IMG/VR virus record: IMGVR_UViG_3300036520_000020
Coordinates: 1 to 45,564 of that record
DNA: 45,564 nt
From: a virus
Taxonomy: Duplodnaviria > Caudoviricetes
Direction: 5' to 3' (one strand)
Positions within the stretch are counted from its first letter, which is position 1, and the number at the start of each line of letters is the position of its first letter. The position numbers were made by a program, and so were the translations under genes. Under the pieces are notes generated by a model that saw nothing but the letters and a program-made list of their open reading frames with translations, was not told the DNA's origin and made no database searches. Of this stretch, positions 7,911 through 16,755 are shown piece by piece.

Positions 7911-9193
7911 CTACTCGGTAGGCCTTTTTCTCTGGATCTTTTCCAGGCGGTTCGAGCACCGCAAATAGAATAAAAAATAGGGATCGGCGATGTCGAGAAC
8001 GTCTTCACTCCACTCGATGATCTTGGATGAGGGCTCAAGGCTCTCGGCAATTGAATGCATCTGCTCTAGGGCCTGCGATACACCAGACCCGGGAGGGGCG
8101 CTCGCTCGCGACAAGCAGACCTCGCGCGTACGCCGGTAGATCTCGTCATAGGGAAAAGACAACAGCGGGGGATCGCTTCGCAATGCGAGTAGCACGCAGC
8201 GGTACACGTCACCATTTGAATTATCGAAAAAGTCGTGGCGGTTTCTTTCCTGGCCCCGCGGCTTAGGACCAGAGTGCAACGCGTCAAGCAACGACGAGAA
8301 ATCGGTCATGGTTGACGTATTCTGCAAAACCCGGCGCAGAACGTTGTCGTCGACCAAGGGGGTCAGAGTTCTGTCACGCGTTTCCTCAACGCCTACTTCT
8401 CGGCAAAACTGTAGGCACACCGATTGCATCAGCTGAGGCGAGCCGAAACAATCCTTTGCGAAACGTTCCACAATCTCATGGTCAACGCTGATATTGAGCG
8501 CGGAAAAACCGAGATCTGCAATTTCGCGGGTTTCGTCATTGGTCCAATATTCGAAGTCGATGGCCTGAACTCGGCCGCGCAGCTCGGGGTTACTTCGCAC
8601 CACGTCGTCTGATCGATGTGGAACAGAAGCAGTGCAGATCCGAACGCCCTTTTCGGCCGCCTCTTTTATCTGCCGCGCTACGTCCTGCTGGACCTCACGC
8701 GGCATGTAATGGAAGTCGTCGATGAACACAACGAAGTCGCGCGGACCACTTGGTCGAGCCCCTGACGAGTCGTGCGGCTCGACGTTTCCGATGTACCCGA
8801 GAGGCCGGCCCGCATCGTCCCTTGCACACTTCCCTCGGCGATAAAGGGAATGCCGGTTTTACCACTAGCTGACCCTGCAAGATCCCCGGTCAACGTCCTC
8901 GCAGATTTACTTGTTACCTCGCTGGGCGATTCCATCCAGTTTAGGATACGATCCCAAAGCTCACTTGGGCTCTTGATGGCACCACCTGAGACCTGGATCA
9001 GGTTATCTTTCGGGATGACCTTGTTGATCAGCACGGTCTTGCCAGACTTCGATGGGCCCGACAGCGAAATGATCAAGCCAGGCGTCTTGAGCGCCTGCCT
9101 AAGCTGTGTCTCTAGGTCGTTTTCCTGTCTGTAGACGTACGTCACGGTCGGCACATCGTAAGGGACAAAGACCTCAGTAGATTCATATTTCAT
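7911..9193 (-). pseudogene. P-loop ATPase (AAA+/STAND-like), frameshifted near 8740
   Basis: Walker A SGPSKSGKT in ORF 8678..9232 and Walker B FVVFIDDFHY in ORF 7911..8729 lie in different frames; FGSPQLMQ motif; C-terminal DPYFLFYLR. Confidence 0.8.
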
Positions 9194-9281
9194 TGTAACG
9201 CCCCGACTGCCTGCAGAGTACCAAAATTGCATTCAACATTAAGATGCGCCTAACCGGCTGCGCTCTGACCCACTTAGCAAG

Positions 9282-9551
9282 CTATTCATCTGGTCCCTGC
9301 TCTGGCTCGTCACCGATTAGATGATACTGCTTCCGTAGCGCATCGACGGCGAAGAGCACCCGCCGGTTGCACTCGTAGCTGACGAGAGTGCCGGTTCGGC
9401 TGCGCGGCACCGCGGGCCATCCGCCAGACGCACTCCTTTCCTTCGCAGGCACGATGTCCACCGTGTGTAACGTTGCACACGCCTGCTCCTGACGAACCCT
9501 GTCCATCACAAGGGCTCGGAGCTGCATTGCCGTGAGCCCCGTCGTTTCCAT
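9282..9551 (-). CDS. hypothetical protein
   Basis: 89-aa ORF with GAGG RBS in the cI-distal cassette. Confidence 0.65.
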   Translation of the reverse strand: METTGLTAMQLRALVMDRVRQEQACATLHTVDIVPAKERSASGGWPAVPRSRTGTLVSYECNRRVLFAVDALRKQYHLIGDEPEQGPDE

Positions 9552-9597
9552 CACCTCATCCCCTGCTCTGAGAGTGCGGGCTCAGGACATAAAGCCC

Positions 9598-9900
9598 TTA
9601 ACTGCACGCCTCGAACCCGTTCCGCATCTCTCTAGCGGCTACCAAGTAGTTCCGCAGTGCGCTAGCGAGCTGCTGCCGTGCGTCTTCATGACGACTAAGG
9701 ACCTGCCCGAGGCGGGCACCAAACGTTTGTTGCATCTTAGGCGCGTGCTGGCCCACACTTTCTACCGCCGCAAGCATCGTGGACGTGGGTCCCACGAGGT
9801 TCCCTGTGGCCTTGGCCATAGTTTGACAGTCAGTCGCCGTCTGGGCCTGAGCCCCCGTGAGACACAGTACCAGTGCGGCGCTTGTAATCTTGAGCTTCAT
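9598..9900 (-). CDS. secreted helical protein
   Basis: AGGAGG RBS; signal peptide MKLKITSAALVLCLTGAQA; Cys near both ends of the mature chain (possible disulfide). Confidence 0.75.
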   Translation of the reverse strand: MKLKITSAALVLCLTGAQAQTATDCQTMAKATGNLVGPTSTMLAAVESVGQHAPKMQQTFGARLGQVLSRHEDARQQLASALRNYLVAAREMRNGFEACS

Positions 9901-10132
9901 ATCATCCTCCTTGAACAGGCGGATGATAACCGCGACCCACACGCGAGCTAGTATATCTTACGATAAGATACGAGGCGGACAGTATGGCGAGCTCATCCCC
10001 TGGTCTCAGACCGCGGGAGCTGTTCGCCTGCCGGCGACCCAGCAGAACCTTAGCCCGCCATATCCAGGAGAGCGGCCAGAATTGCTTGAGACTAGCGACA
10101 GTGAGCTTACAAGCTATTGTCGGCGAGGACGC

Positions 10133-10819
10133 TCAGCGCCGCCGATCAGCGGCTGCTGCTCCAGCCCTGGCCCCTGCCGATCTACCCGCATCGCGGCCCG
10201 CGTCTTCGCCAGCGTCGCGGCCTGCGCGGCGACCTTCCTGGCGGCCTGCCTGAGCACCCTCACGCTCAGCAATCTCGCCGATCAGAGCACCAAGAGCCGT
10301 CCCGTCCCCAATAGCGCCAGCAGTGCGGGCGCCCACGGTCGGCGGTGACCCCGGAGGGATAGGGATTTGCGTACATCCCCGCTCGCACAAATACATGCGG
10401 TCTGTCTGAGCGTTGGCCAGGCTCCGCACCCGGATATGTGAACGGATGGCGGGCGGGTTGTCGCGGAGGTCGTTGGGGGACACAACCTGGATGACGATGC
10501 GATCCGTTTCAGTGCCTTTCTCGTCATAGACTGTCAGCATCGTGATGCCGACTGCCTGTCCATTCACGACAACGCCGCCGTTGGCGGAAATAATCGTGGC
10601 ATCCGCAATCGCTGGATCGGCTACGTTGATGGCTTTGATAGACCTTCCAGGGAACAGCGACTTGGCGAATCCGGTCGGAATTTCGACTATAGGGGCGTCG
10701 TCGTTCGCTTTCATTTCCCGGAGAACTACAGACCGGCCATTAATCCATCCGGTTCCCTGCGCTAAAGCTGGAGCCGTGGCGCAGATTGCGGCGACCAGCG
10801 CAAGAGTTGGCCTAATCAT
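10133..10819 (-). CDS. secreted pilus-assembly N-terminal-domain protein (CpaC/RcpA N-domain-like) with Gly-repeat tail
   Basis: Signal peptide ending APALA; INVADPAIADATII...VVVNGQAVGITMLTVYDEKG; YLCERGC; C-terminal G-x3 repeats. Confidence 0.8.
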   Translation of the reverse strand: MIRPTLALVAAICATAPALAQGTGWINGRSVVLREMKANDDAPIVEIPTGFAKSLFPGRSIKAINVADPAIADATIISANGGVVVNGQAVGITMLTVYDEKGTETDRIVIQVVSPNDLRDNPPAIRSHIRVRSLANAQTDRMYLCERGCTQIPIPPGSPPTVGARTAGAIGDGTALGALIGEIAEREGAQAGRQEGRRAGRDAGEDAGRDAGRSAGARAGAAAADRRR

Positions 10820-11280
10820 CGCCGGTCTCCGTTCTGTGGTGCAAGCAACGGGGCTTGAGTGGCAACATTCCCGTTTGGTGTCGAAACGATAAGCTGCGCA
10901 GGAGGCGCTTTGTAGAGGCAGAATGGGCCGCAGGCCAATTCTTGCACGAAGCCCGGTGTAATCTTGATGACTGAGCGCGGCGCGCGGGGCGAGGCAGGCG
11001 GCGGCTCCGGCGATCCAACTAGAATGTCACGACGGAGTATTTCTCTGCCTTCTTCGTCATACAAGATCAGGTTCGTGCTGCCGTCCACCTTTGGGGTGAC
11101 GACAACTAGCTGATCAGTGATGGCGTTGGCCGATACGACCAGAGGATTGCCAACGACAATTGCACGCGCGCCACGGTCTGTACTGATGGCTTCTGCGCGA
11201 CCTACTTCCAAGGTCAACTGCTGCGCCGAAGCTGCCGTTGAGACGGCCACAGCCGCAATCGCGAGAGTGATCTGTTTCAT
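10816..11280 (-). CDS. secreted pilus-assembly N-terminal-domain protein
   Basis: Signal peptide ending AASA; LEVGRA...IVVGNPLVVSANAI...LVVVTPKVDGSTNLILYDEEG; ACGPFC. Confidence 0.85.
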   Translation of the reverse strand: MKQITLAIAAVAVSTAASAQQLTLEVGRAEAISTDRGARAIVVGNPLVVSANAITDQLVVVTPKVDGSTNLILYDEEGREILRRDILVGSPEPPPASPRAPRSVIKITPGFVQELACGPFCLYKAPPAQLIVSTPNGNVATQAPLLAPQNGDRR

Positions 11281-11381
11281 AGATTGACAGAGCCTAAACT
11301 GAACGGCCTAGCCTAAATGGCCACGCTGAGCACGGTAGTGCATAATCGACACACCGAACATCGATCTTACGATAGATGCAA

Positions 11382-11660
11382 TTACCTAAGGTTTGGTGAA
11401 ACCTGCACCGATCCTTCCCACAGGAGGCGGCGCTGTTTGTCGAGCATCCTTATCACCGCTCCGCCCGGCTTTAGCCCTCTGATCTTGACGATACGTGGTC
11501 CATCAAAATCGACCGCGACCACCTCCGGCGCGTCCACCTGCACGGAATTGACGTCGCCGCTGACCTCTAGATGCTCGTAATGGCCTGCGTTGACCTGCAC
11601 GTCGGACGAAGCTGTGGCCCCGGGCGCGAATGCGGCACAAAGAAGTATAGCTAGCTTCAT
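11382..11660 (-). CDS. secreted pilus-assembly N-terminal-domain protein (minimal)
   Basis: Signal peptide; VQVNAG...VQVDAPEVVAV...VKIRGLKPGGAVIRMLD; starts 12 nt after the cI stop. Confidence 0.7.
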   Translation of the reverse strand: MKLAILLCAAFAPGATASSDVQVNAGHYEHLEVSGDVNSVQVDAPEVVAVDFDGPRIVKIRGLKPGGAVIRMLDKQRRLLWEGSVQVSPNLR

Positions 11661-11672
11661 GACCCCTCGACC

Positions 11673-12353
11673 TCAAAGCCCCAGCAGCTCGGCATAGGGG
11701 ATGACGCGATGGCACGCTTTCACCCGGTTTCGGGGAAAGGTCAGCTCCTTCTCCGGGTTGAACTGCTTGACCAGATAGCGCTCTGAGTTCCGGTCAACGA
11801 GGCGCTTGATGAAGCATTGGCCCGGTTCGCCGTCCACTTCCGGATGAAGCTCGATCACCACGTAGTCGCCCCGGACCGGGTTGCGCTTCGGATCAACGTA
11901 GACTCGCTCCCCCTCCTCATACTTAGGCTCCATACTCTGACCAGTGACGTAGATCGCGTAGATGTCCTCCCGGTGCGCAGGGATGCCAGGAGGACGAGGG
12001 GCGAACTCGATAGTTTCACCATTGAACCGGAAGTCGCCTTCGTCCTCGTTGCCACCGAGAGTGGTTCCAAGAACCCGGACGTTCCTCGGACCGCGAAAGT
12101 CTCCAAGATCTACGTTAGGCTGTTCCTCGGGAACCAGGGCATTCGGACCCGGCTGTTCGTCTGAGGGAACGGCACCTGGGGGCAGCACTTCGAGGTAAGC
12201 CGCGACGACCGCAACTTCTCGCGCCTTCAACTCGCGCTCTCCCTTCAGGAGCGCGGTGACAGCCGAGGGGGCTCGGCCCAGCGCCTTGGCTAGGCCGCTC
12301 TGCGTTTTTCCAGGCTTAGCAAGGCCCGCTCTTATCCAATCGACCTGATCCAT
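11673..12353 (-). CDS. cI: CI-like repressor (HTH plus S24 peptidase)
   Basis: N-terminal HTH (KTQSGLAKALGRAPSAVTALLKGER); catalytic GQSMEP and FIKRL; start set at MDQVDW, since the ORF-track extension overlaps the operators and cro. Confidence 0.92.
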   Translation of the reverse strand: MDQVDWIRAGLAKPGKTQSGLAKALGRAPSAVTALLKGERELKAREVAVVAAYLEVLPPGAVPSDEQPGPNALVPEEQPNVDLGDFRGPRNVRVLGTTLGGNEDEGDFRFNGETIEFAPRPPGIPAHREDIYAIYVTGQSMEPKYEEGERVYVDPKRNPVRGDYVVIELHPEVDGEPGQCFIKRLVDRNSERYLVKQFNPEKELTFPRNRVKACHRVIPYAELLGL

Positions 12354-12360
12354 TCCGTCA

Positions 12361-12438
12361 TTTTCTGCGGAACAGAAAAGCACGCTATTACGATTACCCG
12401 AAAAAACGCTTGACGCGTCATTCTGAAAATCAGAATAT
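12361..12438. promoter_or_regulatory. OR-like operator region and PR promoter
   Basis: TTTTCTG-CGGAA-CAGAAAA (12361-12379), degenerate TTACG-ATTAC-CCGAA (12388-12402), TTCTG-AAAAT-CAGAA (12421-12435); TTGACG(12410)-N17-GAATAT(12433). Confidence 0.8.
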
Positions 12439-12444
12439 GCAGGC

Positions 12445-12687
12445 ATGGAACCTGCTCGCACCATCATCGATCGTCTCGGCGGTGAAGCCGAGGTCGCTCG
12501 CATCACAAACACCGCCTACACGGCACCCTACCGCTGGCAGCACCCACGCGAGAAGGGCGGCACAGGCGGGGTGATCCCCCAGAAGCATCACAGGGTACTC
12601 CTCGAGTATGCCCGTGAAAAGCGCATCCGCCTCCGCGCCGAAGAGTTCCTGCCTATGCCCGCCCCGTCCGAACAGAATGTGGCGTGA
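12445..12687 (+). CDS. cro: Cro-like HTH protein
   Basis: Divergent from cI; IIDRLGG-AEVARIT...YRWQ...GGTGGVIPQKH. Confidence 0.85.
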   Translation: MEPARTIIDRLGGEAEVARITNTAYTAPYRWQHPREKGGTGGVIPQKHHRVLLEYAREKRIRLRAEEFLPMPAPSEQNVA

Positions 12688-12850
12688 TGCGCACGCGCTT
12701 CCGCCTCCGCCTGTGCTCGCGCGGCTATCTCTGGTTCTGCACCCAGGACGGATGGATCCGCCTCCTGCCGTGCTCTCCGCTCGTCTCTCAAGGCGCCACG
12801 ATGCCGGGAGACGCGTCCACCGTCACCCATAATCCGAATGAGAACAGCTT

Positions 12851-13339
12851 ATGAACGCTGACGCCGGTCGCACGCCTCCATTCTCCACCTTCAAGGCCGC
12901 GTGGCGGCAGCTGATCGACGCAGTTGGCGGCGGTACGCAAGCGGAGCGGTTCACCCGCGTGAACAAGGCACGCCTGTCGAACTACGGCCAGATCCACGAG
13001 CCGTCCTTCGCGCCCGCGGACGACCTCTACCGAGTCGAGAAGGCCGTCGTGGACGCCGGCGGCGATCCCGCCTTTCTCATCGCCTACGCCGATGCGCTGG
13101 GCTTCGCCGTGGTGCGCAAGGAGACGCTGGCGAATCCGCTGCCCGTGCTCGACACGGCGGCCGTGGAAGCGATCGGCGCCATGGGCCAGATGGCGACGGC
13201 TTTCTACGAGGCGGCCCGAGACGGCGTAATCACGCCGCGTGAGGCTGAGGGTCTCGCGGTCGTCGGCCAGAAGGCCGGCGCTGAGATCTGCGAGTTCACC
13301 GAGGCCGCCAAGGCGCGCGCAGCGCGGGGCAGCCGATGA
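12851..13339 (+). CDS. CII-like phage regulatory protein
   Basis: Position after cro; FKAAWRQLIDAVGG...LSNYG; AARDGVITPREA motif typical of CP76/CII-like proteins. Confidence 0.7.
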   Translation: MNADAGRTPPFSTFKAAWRQLIDAVGGGTQAERFTRVNKARLSNYGQIHEPSFAPADDLYRVEKAVVDAGGDPAFLIAYADALGFAVVRKETLANPLPVLDTAAVEAIGAMGQMATAFYEAARDGVITPREAEGLAVVGQKAGAEICEFTEAAKARAARGSR

Positions 13340-13548
13340 CCCGGCACACCGTCGACCACTTCGCCATCCGCGATCAGCGGCGTCCTCTCGTGCTGGAACC
13401 TGTTGCGCTGCGCATTCCAGATCGGTCGTCTGGTGCCTTTGGTGAGGGGCGGCGCGAGCGTCTCAGCTTTCCTGGCCGGCCGTCCTGTCTGTTCGCCGAC
13501 ACCATCGTCACGGTCGCTCGAGTGCGGGCGGGGGAGGACGCGCAATGA
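13336..13548 (+). CDS. hypothetical phage protein
   Basis: ATGA overlaps at both ends. Confidence 0.55.
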   Translation: MTRHTVDHFAIRDQRRPLVLEPVALRIPDRSSGAFGEGRRERLSFPGRPSCLFADTIVTVARVRAGEDAQ

Positions 13549-13994
13549 TGCCCCGCATCTCGGAAGCCTCCATTCAGGCGGCAGTTCTCCAACATTGGCG
13601 TACTCTCGGCTTGCCCGGCACGCTGGTTGCGGCCGTGCCTAATGCACGGGCCTTCGGCCAAGCAGGGTTGACCCGCGGTCTGTTCGATCTCGTGTGCATC
13701 GGTCCCCAGATCGGCACAGCATGGATTGAGCTCAAAGCGTCCGACGGCGCGCTTCGGCCCGAGCAGAAGCGGTTTCGGGATCTGCTGATCGCCAACGGTA
13801 TTCCGTACGCGATCACCTACGGAAGAGAACAGCCCATCCGGGTTCTCGAGGACTGGCGGATTGTCCGCCCCGCGAGCACGACAATTCCCAAGGCCGCGGA
13901 GCGGTCGGGATGCGCCGGTGAAGGGGAGGGCGCTGTGTCGTCCTCCCCAGATCCGACCACACGTTCACCGAGAAGGACCGGGGTGTCGACTTAG
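13545..13994 (+). CDS. VRR-NUC domain nuclease
   Basis: SEASIQ...VPN...GLTRGLFDL...WIELKA-DG-LRPEQ. Confidence 0.85.
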   Translation: MMPRISEASIQAAVLQHWRTLGLPGTLVAAVPNARAFGQAGLTRGLFDLVCIGPQIGTAWIELKASDGALRPEQKRFRDLLIANGIPYAITYGREQPIRVLEDWRIVRPASTTIPKAAERSGCAGEGEGAVSSSPDPTTRSPRRTGVST

Positions 13995-14075
13995 ACCGTC
14001 GACGCGGCCGCCATCCGTACTCCGCCCCGGTCCTTCCCGGACCCACAGGAGACGGACCGGCATCATGGAGAGATC

Positions 14076-14873
14076 ATGGCGATCAGTATGGCATCACTTC
14101 GCAGGGCACGGGCGGTCGATCCGCCCCGGGTTCTGCTCTACGGGCCTGAAAAGGCCGGCAAGACGACGCTGGCGAGCGAGTTCCCAAAGCCGGTGTTCCC
14201 TCAGACGGAGGACGGTGTCGGCAACTTGGAGCTCGACACGTTCGGGAAGCTCACGAGCTTCAACGACGTCATGGGAGCGCTTGGCGCACTTTACGATGAA
14301 GCCCATGACTTCGAGACGGTCGTCATCGACAGTATCTCCGCACTGCAGCCGTTGATCTGGGCTGAGACGGGCGAGCGGGGCGACGACAAAGGCAACAAGA
14401 AGAAGCGGATCGAGGATTTCGGCTACGGCAAAGGCTACGTCTATGCGCTCGCTGTCTGGCAGGAGCTTCTCGACGGCCTTAACGCCCTTCGGCTCGAGCG
14501 ACGCATGAACGTGGTCATGATCGCTCACTCGAAGGTGGACCGCTTCGACGATCCCGAGACCGTCTCCTACTCGAAGTACGATATCGATCTGCACGAGAAG
14601 GCCCGCGATCTGCTCAAGCGCGACGTCGACCTCATTCTCCTCCTGAAGCCGGACGTCTCGATCAAGAGTGAGGACGCCGGGTTCAATAAGAGCCGGGCCA
14701 TCGCAACCGGCGGCCGGAACGTCTGGATGCATACAGACAGCCGCCCGGCGTACGTGGCCGGCAACCGCTACGGCATCCCGGAAAAGCTCCAGTACGAGCG
14801 TGGGAAAGGCTTCACCACGCTTGCTCCCTTCTTCCCCAACACCGCGCCGGCTGATGCCGCGCAAGCCGCTTGA
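14076..14873 (+). CDS. Sak4-like P-loop ATPase (single-strand annealing protein)
   Basis: YGPEKAGKTT, TVVIDS, GYGKGY, IAH motifs; followed by an SSB-like gene. Confidence 0.88.
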   Translation: MAISMASLRRARAVDPPRVLLYGPEKAGKTTLASEFPKPVFPQTEDGVGNLELDTFGKLTSFNDVMGALGALYDEAHDFETVVIDSISALQPLIWAETGERGDDKGNKKKRIEDFGYGKGYVYALAVWQELLDGLNALRLERRMNVVMIAHSKVDRFDDPETVSYSKYDIDLHEKARDLLKRDVDLILLLKPDVSIKSEDAGFNKSRAIATGGRNVWMHTDSRPAYVAGNRYGIPEKLQYERGKGFTTLAPFFPNTAPADAAQAA

Positions 14874-14881
14874 GGTGATCC

Positions 14882-15388
14882 ATGGCCCATCTTGGTGCAA
14901 CATTCGACCCGAACGAGATTCCAGACGACGAGCGCGGCTCTTTCGAGCCTCTACCTCCCGGCGACTATCTCCTGCAGGTCGCGGACAGCGAGCTAAAGGA
15001 CAAGCCGAATGGCGACTGTGGTCTCAACCTCACGCTGGAGGTTGTAGAGGGCGAGTTTCAGGGGCGTAAGCTCTGGGATTATCTCAACATCCGTCATTCC
15101 AGCGCAGACGCTCAGCGCATCGCTCAGAGGCGTCTAGCAGACTACTGCCTGGCCACCGGTGCTGGCACGATCCGAGACAGTGAGGAGCTGCACTTCCGAC
15201 CCTTTATCGGCAAGGTGTCGCGTGAGCCCCGGAAGGACACTGGCGAGCTGAGCAACCGCATCAAGGGCGTGCGCTCGAAGTCCGGCTCTCCTCCGGCGGG
15301 CAAGCCTGCTCCTCAGCAGCAGACCGGCGCGCCACCGCCGCGCCAGGCCACAACCGGCGAGCGCCCCTGGAACCGCCGTAGCGCTTAG
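14882..15388 (+). CDS. DUF669-like single-stranded DNA-binding protein
   Basis: FEPLPPGDY...GEFQGRKLWDYLN...SEELHFRP...NRIK; PW C-terminus. Confidence 0.85.
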   Translation: MAHLGATFDPNEIPDDERGSFEPLPPGDYLLQVADSELKDKPNGDCGLNLTLEVVEGEFQGRKLWDYLNIRHSSADAQRIAQRRLADYCLATGAGTIRDSEELHFRPFIGKVSREPRKDTGELSNRIKGVRSKSGSPPAGKPAPQQQTGAPPPRQATTGERPWNRRSA

Positions 15389-15484
15389 ATAAGCCGGGCG
15401 GCCAGGTATAGGTTCCCGGCATCCCCCGGCCGCCCTTCCACCCTCGGACGAGATAAACCCGCTTTGAGCGGGCACGGGGATACC

Positions 15485-16444
15485 ATGCCCGAATTGCCTC
15501 CTCCACTCTCCCATACGGTCGCGGCGATAGACCGCGCGATCGTCGAGGCCGCCCGCAATGGGGACAGCCGCGGCGTGCCGATGTCAGCCGCCGTGGGCTC
15601 CTGTGACCGTGCCATCTGGTACGCCCTTCGATGGGCCGCTCCTCCCGAGGATCCTTCCGGCCCGCGTCAGCGCCGATTCCGCACCGGCGAGGCTTATGAG
15701 GAGTGGCTCCTGCAGGACCTGACAGCCGCAGGGATCACGGTTTGGACCAGGGACGAGGTCACCGATCGGCAGTTCCGTATCGAACTCGCGTCGGGCTGGC
15801 TGCGGGGCAAGGTCGACGGCGTGGCGCAGGGCCTGCCGGAAGCCCCAGCGACCGTGCATGTCGTTGAATGCAAGAGCCACAACGAAAAGAGCTTCAAGGA
15901 GCTCGTGAAAAAGGGGGTCCGCGAGGCGAAGCCAGAGCACTACGCCCAGTGTCAGCTCTACATGCACGGGCTTGCCCTAACTCGCTGCCTCTACCTTGCG
16001 GCCAACAAGAACACCGACGAGATCTATGCTGAGCGCCTGGAATATGACCCAGCGTTCTGCCTGGCGGTTGAGGCCAGGATTGAGCGGATCGTCGGTACCG
16101 ACCGGGCGCCGGCCCGGGCTCAAGAAGATCCGACGTCCAAGGCGGCCTTCGCCTGCGCCTGGTGCTCGGCCAAGGGGCTCTGTCACGAAGGCAGGTTTGC
16201 CCGGACGAACTGCCGGACCTGCCTGCATGCTGAGTTCCGGGACGGTGCCCACGTGCGCTGTGCCCGGCACGATCGCCCGCTGTCCTACGAGGATCAACAG
16301 GCCGGTTGCACAGACCACCGCTACCTTCCGGACCTAGTTCCTGGGGAGCAGGTCGACGTCATCGCCGGTGACGTCATCGTTTACCGCCTCACCGACGGTT
16401 CGGAATGGCGGGATGGCGATGCTTCGCAGGGGAGGGCGGCATGA
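15485..16444 (+). CDS. Cas4-like PD-(D/E)XK exonuclease
   Basis: CDRAIWY...GKVDG...VECKS...QCQLYM plus Cys cluster CAWC...C; CRTC. Confidence 0.88.
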   Translation: MPELPPPLSHTVAAIDRAIVEAARNGDSRGVPMSAAVGSCDRAIWYALRWAAPPEDPSGPRQRRFRTGEAYEEWLLQDLTAAGITVWTRDEVTDRQFRIELASGWLRGKVDGVAQGLPEAPATVHVVECKSHNEKSFKELVKKGVREAKPEHYAQCQLYMHGLALTRCLYLAANKNTDEIYAERLEYDPAFCLAVEARIERIVGTDRAPARAQEDPTSKAAFACAWCSAKGLCHEGRFARTNCRTCLHAEFRDGAHVRCARHDRPLSYEDQQAGCTDHRYLPDLVPGEQVDVIAGDVIVYRLTDGSEWRDGDASQGRAA

Positions 16445-16755
16445 GAGACTGGGCTCAGCTCGCCAAGCAAACTCCCCCTGGTTGCGCATATTTCGCAGGA
16501 ACGGGCCCTGAGGGTCGCACCTGCCGTGAGTGCCTGAAATGGGCGGGGAATGGTGACCCGTCGATGAGAAGGCGGCGCGCCGACGGCGCGCCGCGAGCGC
16601 AGGCGTGTTGGAGGTATAGAGAGCTCCGTCGTCAACAAGTCATGCCCGACCCGCTATCGCGGCGTGTTGCTCATGACACGCCAGCCTGTTCGCAATTCGT
16701 CGAGGCGCCGAATCCCCAGCCGGTAGAGCGACCGCAGCGCGGGAGGGCAGCATGA
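16441..16755 (+). CDS. Cys-rich hypothetical phage protein
   Basis: FAGTGPEGRTCREC...C...TPACSQF; ATGA overlaps. Confidence 0.7.
   Translation: MRDWAQLAKQTPPGCAYFAGTGPEGRTCRECLKWAGNGDPSMRRRRADGAPRAQACWRYRELRRQQVMPDPLSRRVAHDTPACSQFVEAPNPQPVERPQRGRAA

Noticed and set aside
10133-11660. A functional Tad pilus or secretion locus
   Set aside because: No pilin, prepilin peptidase, ATPase/TadBC or secretin barrel; only isolated N-domains
12354-12512. N-terminal extension of cI in the ORF track (279 aa)
   Set aside because: Runs through the operators and into cro; the HTH begins at MDQVDW (12353)
15485-16444. Cas4-like nuclease as a sign of CRISPR-Cas
   Set aside because: No repeat-spacer array or other cas genes; it sits in a standard Sak4-SSB-exonuclease phage recombination module
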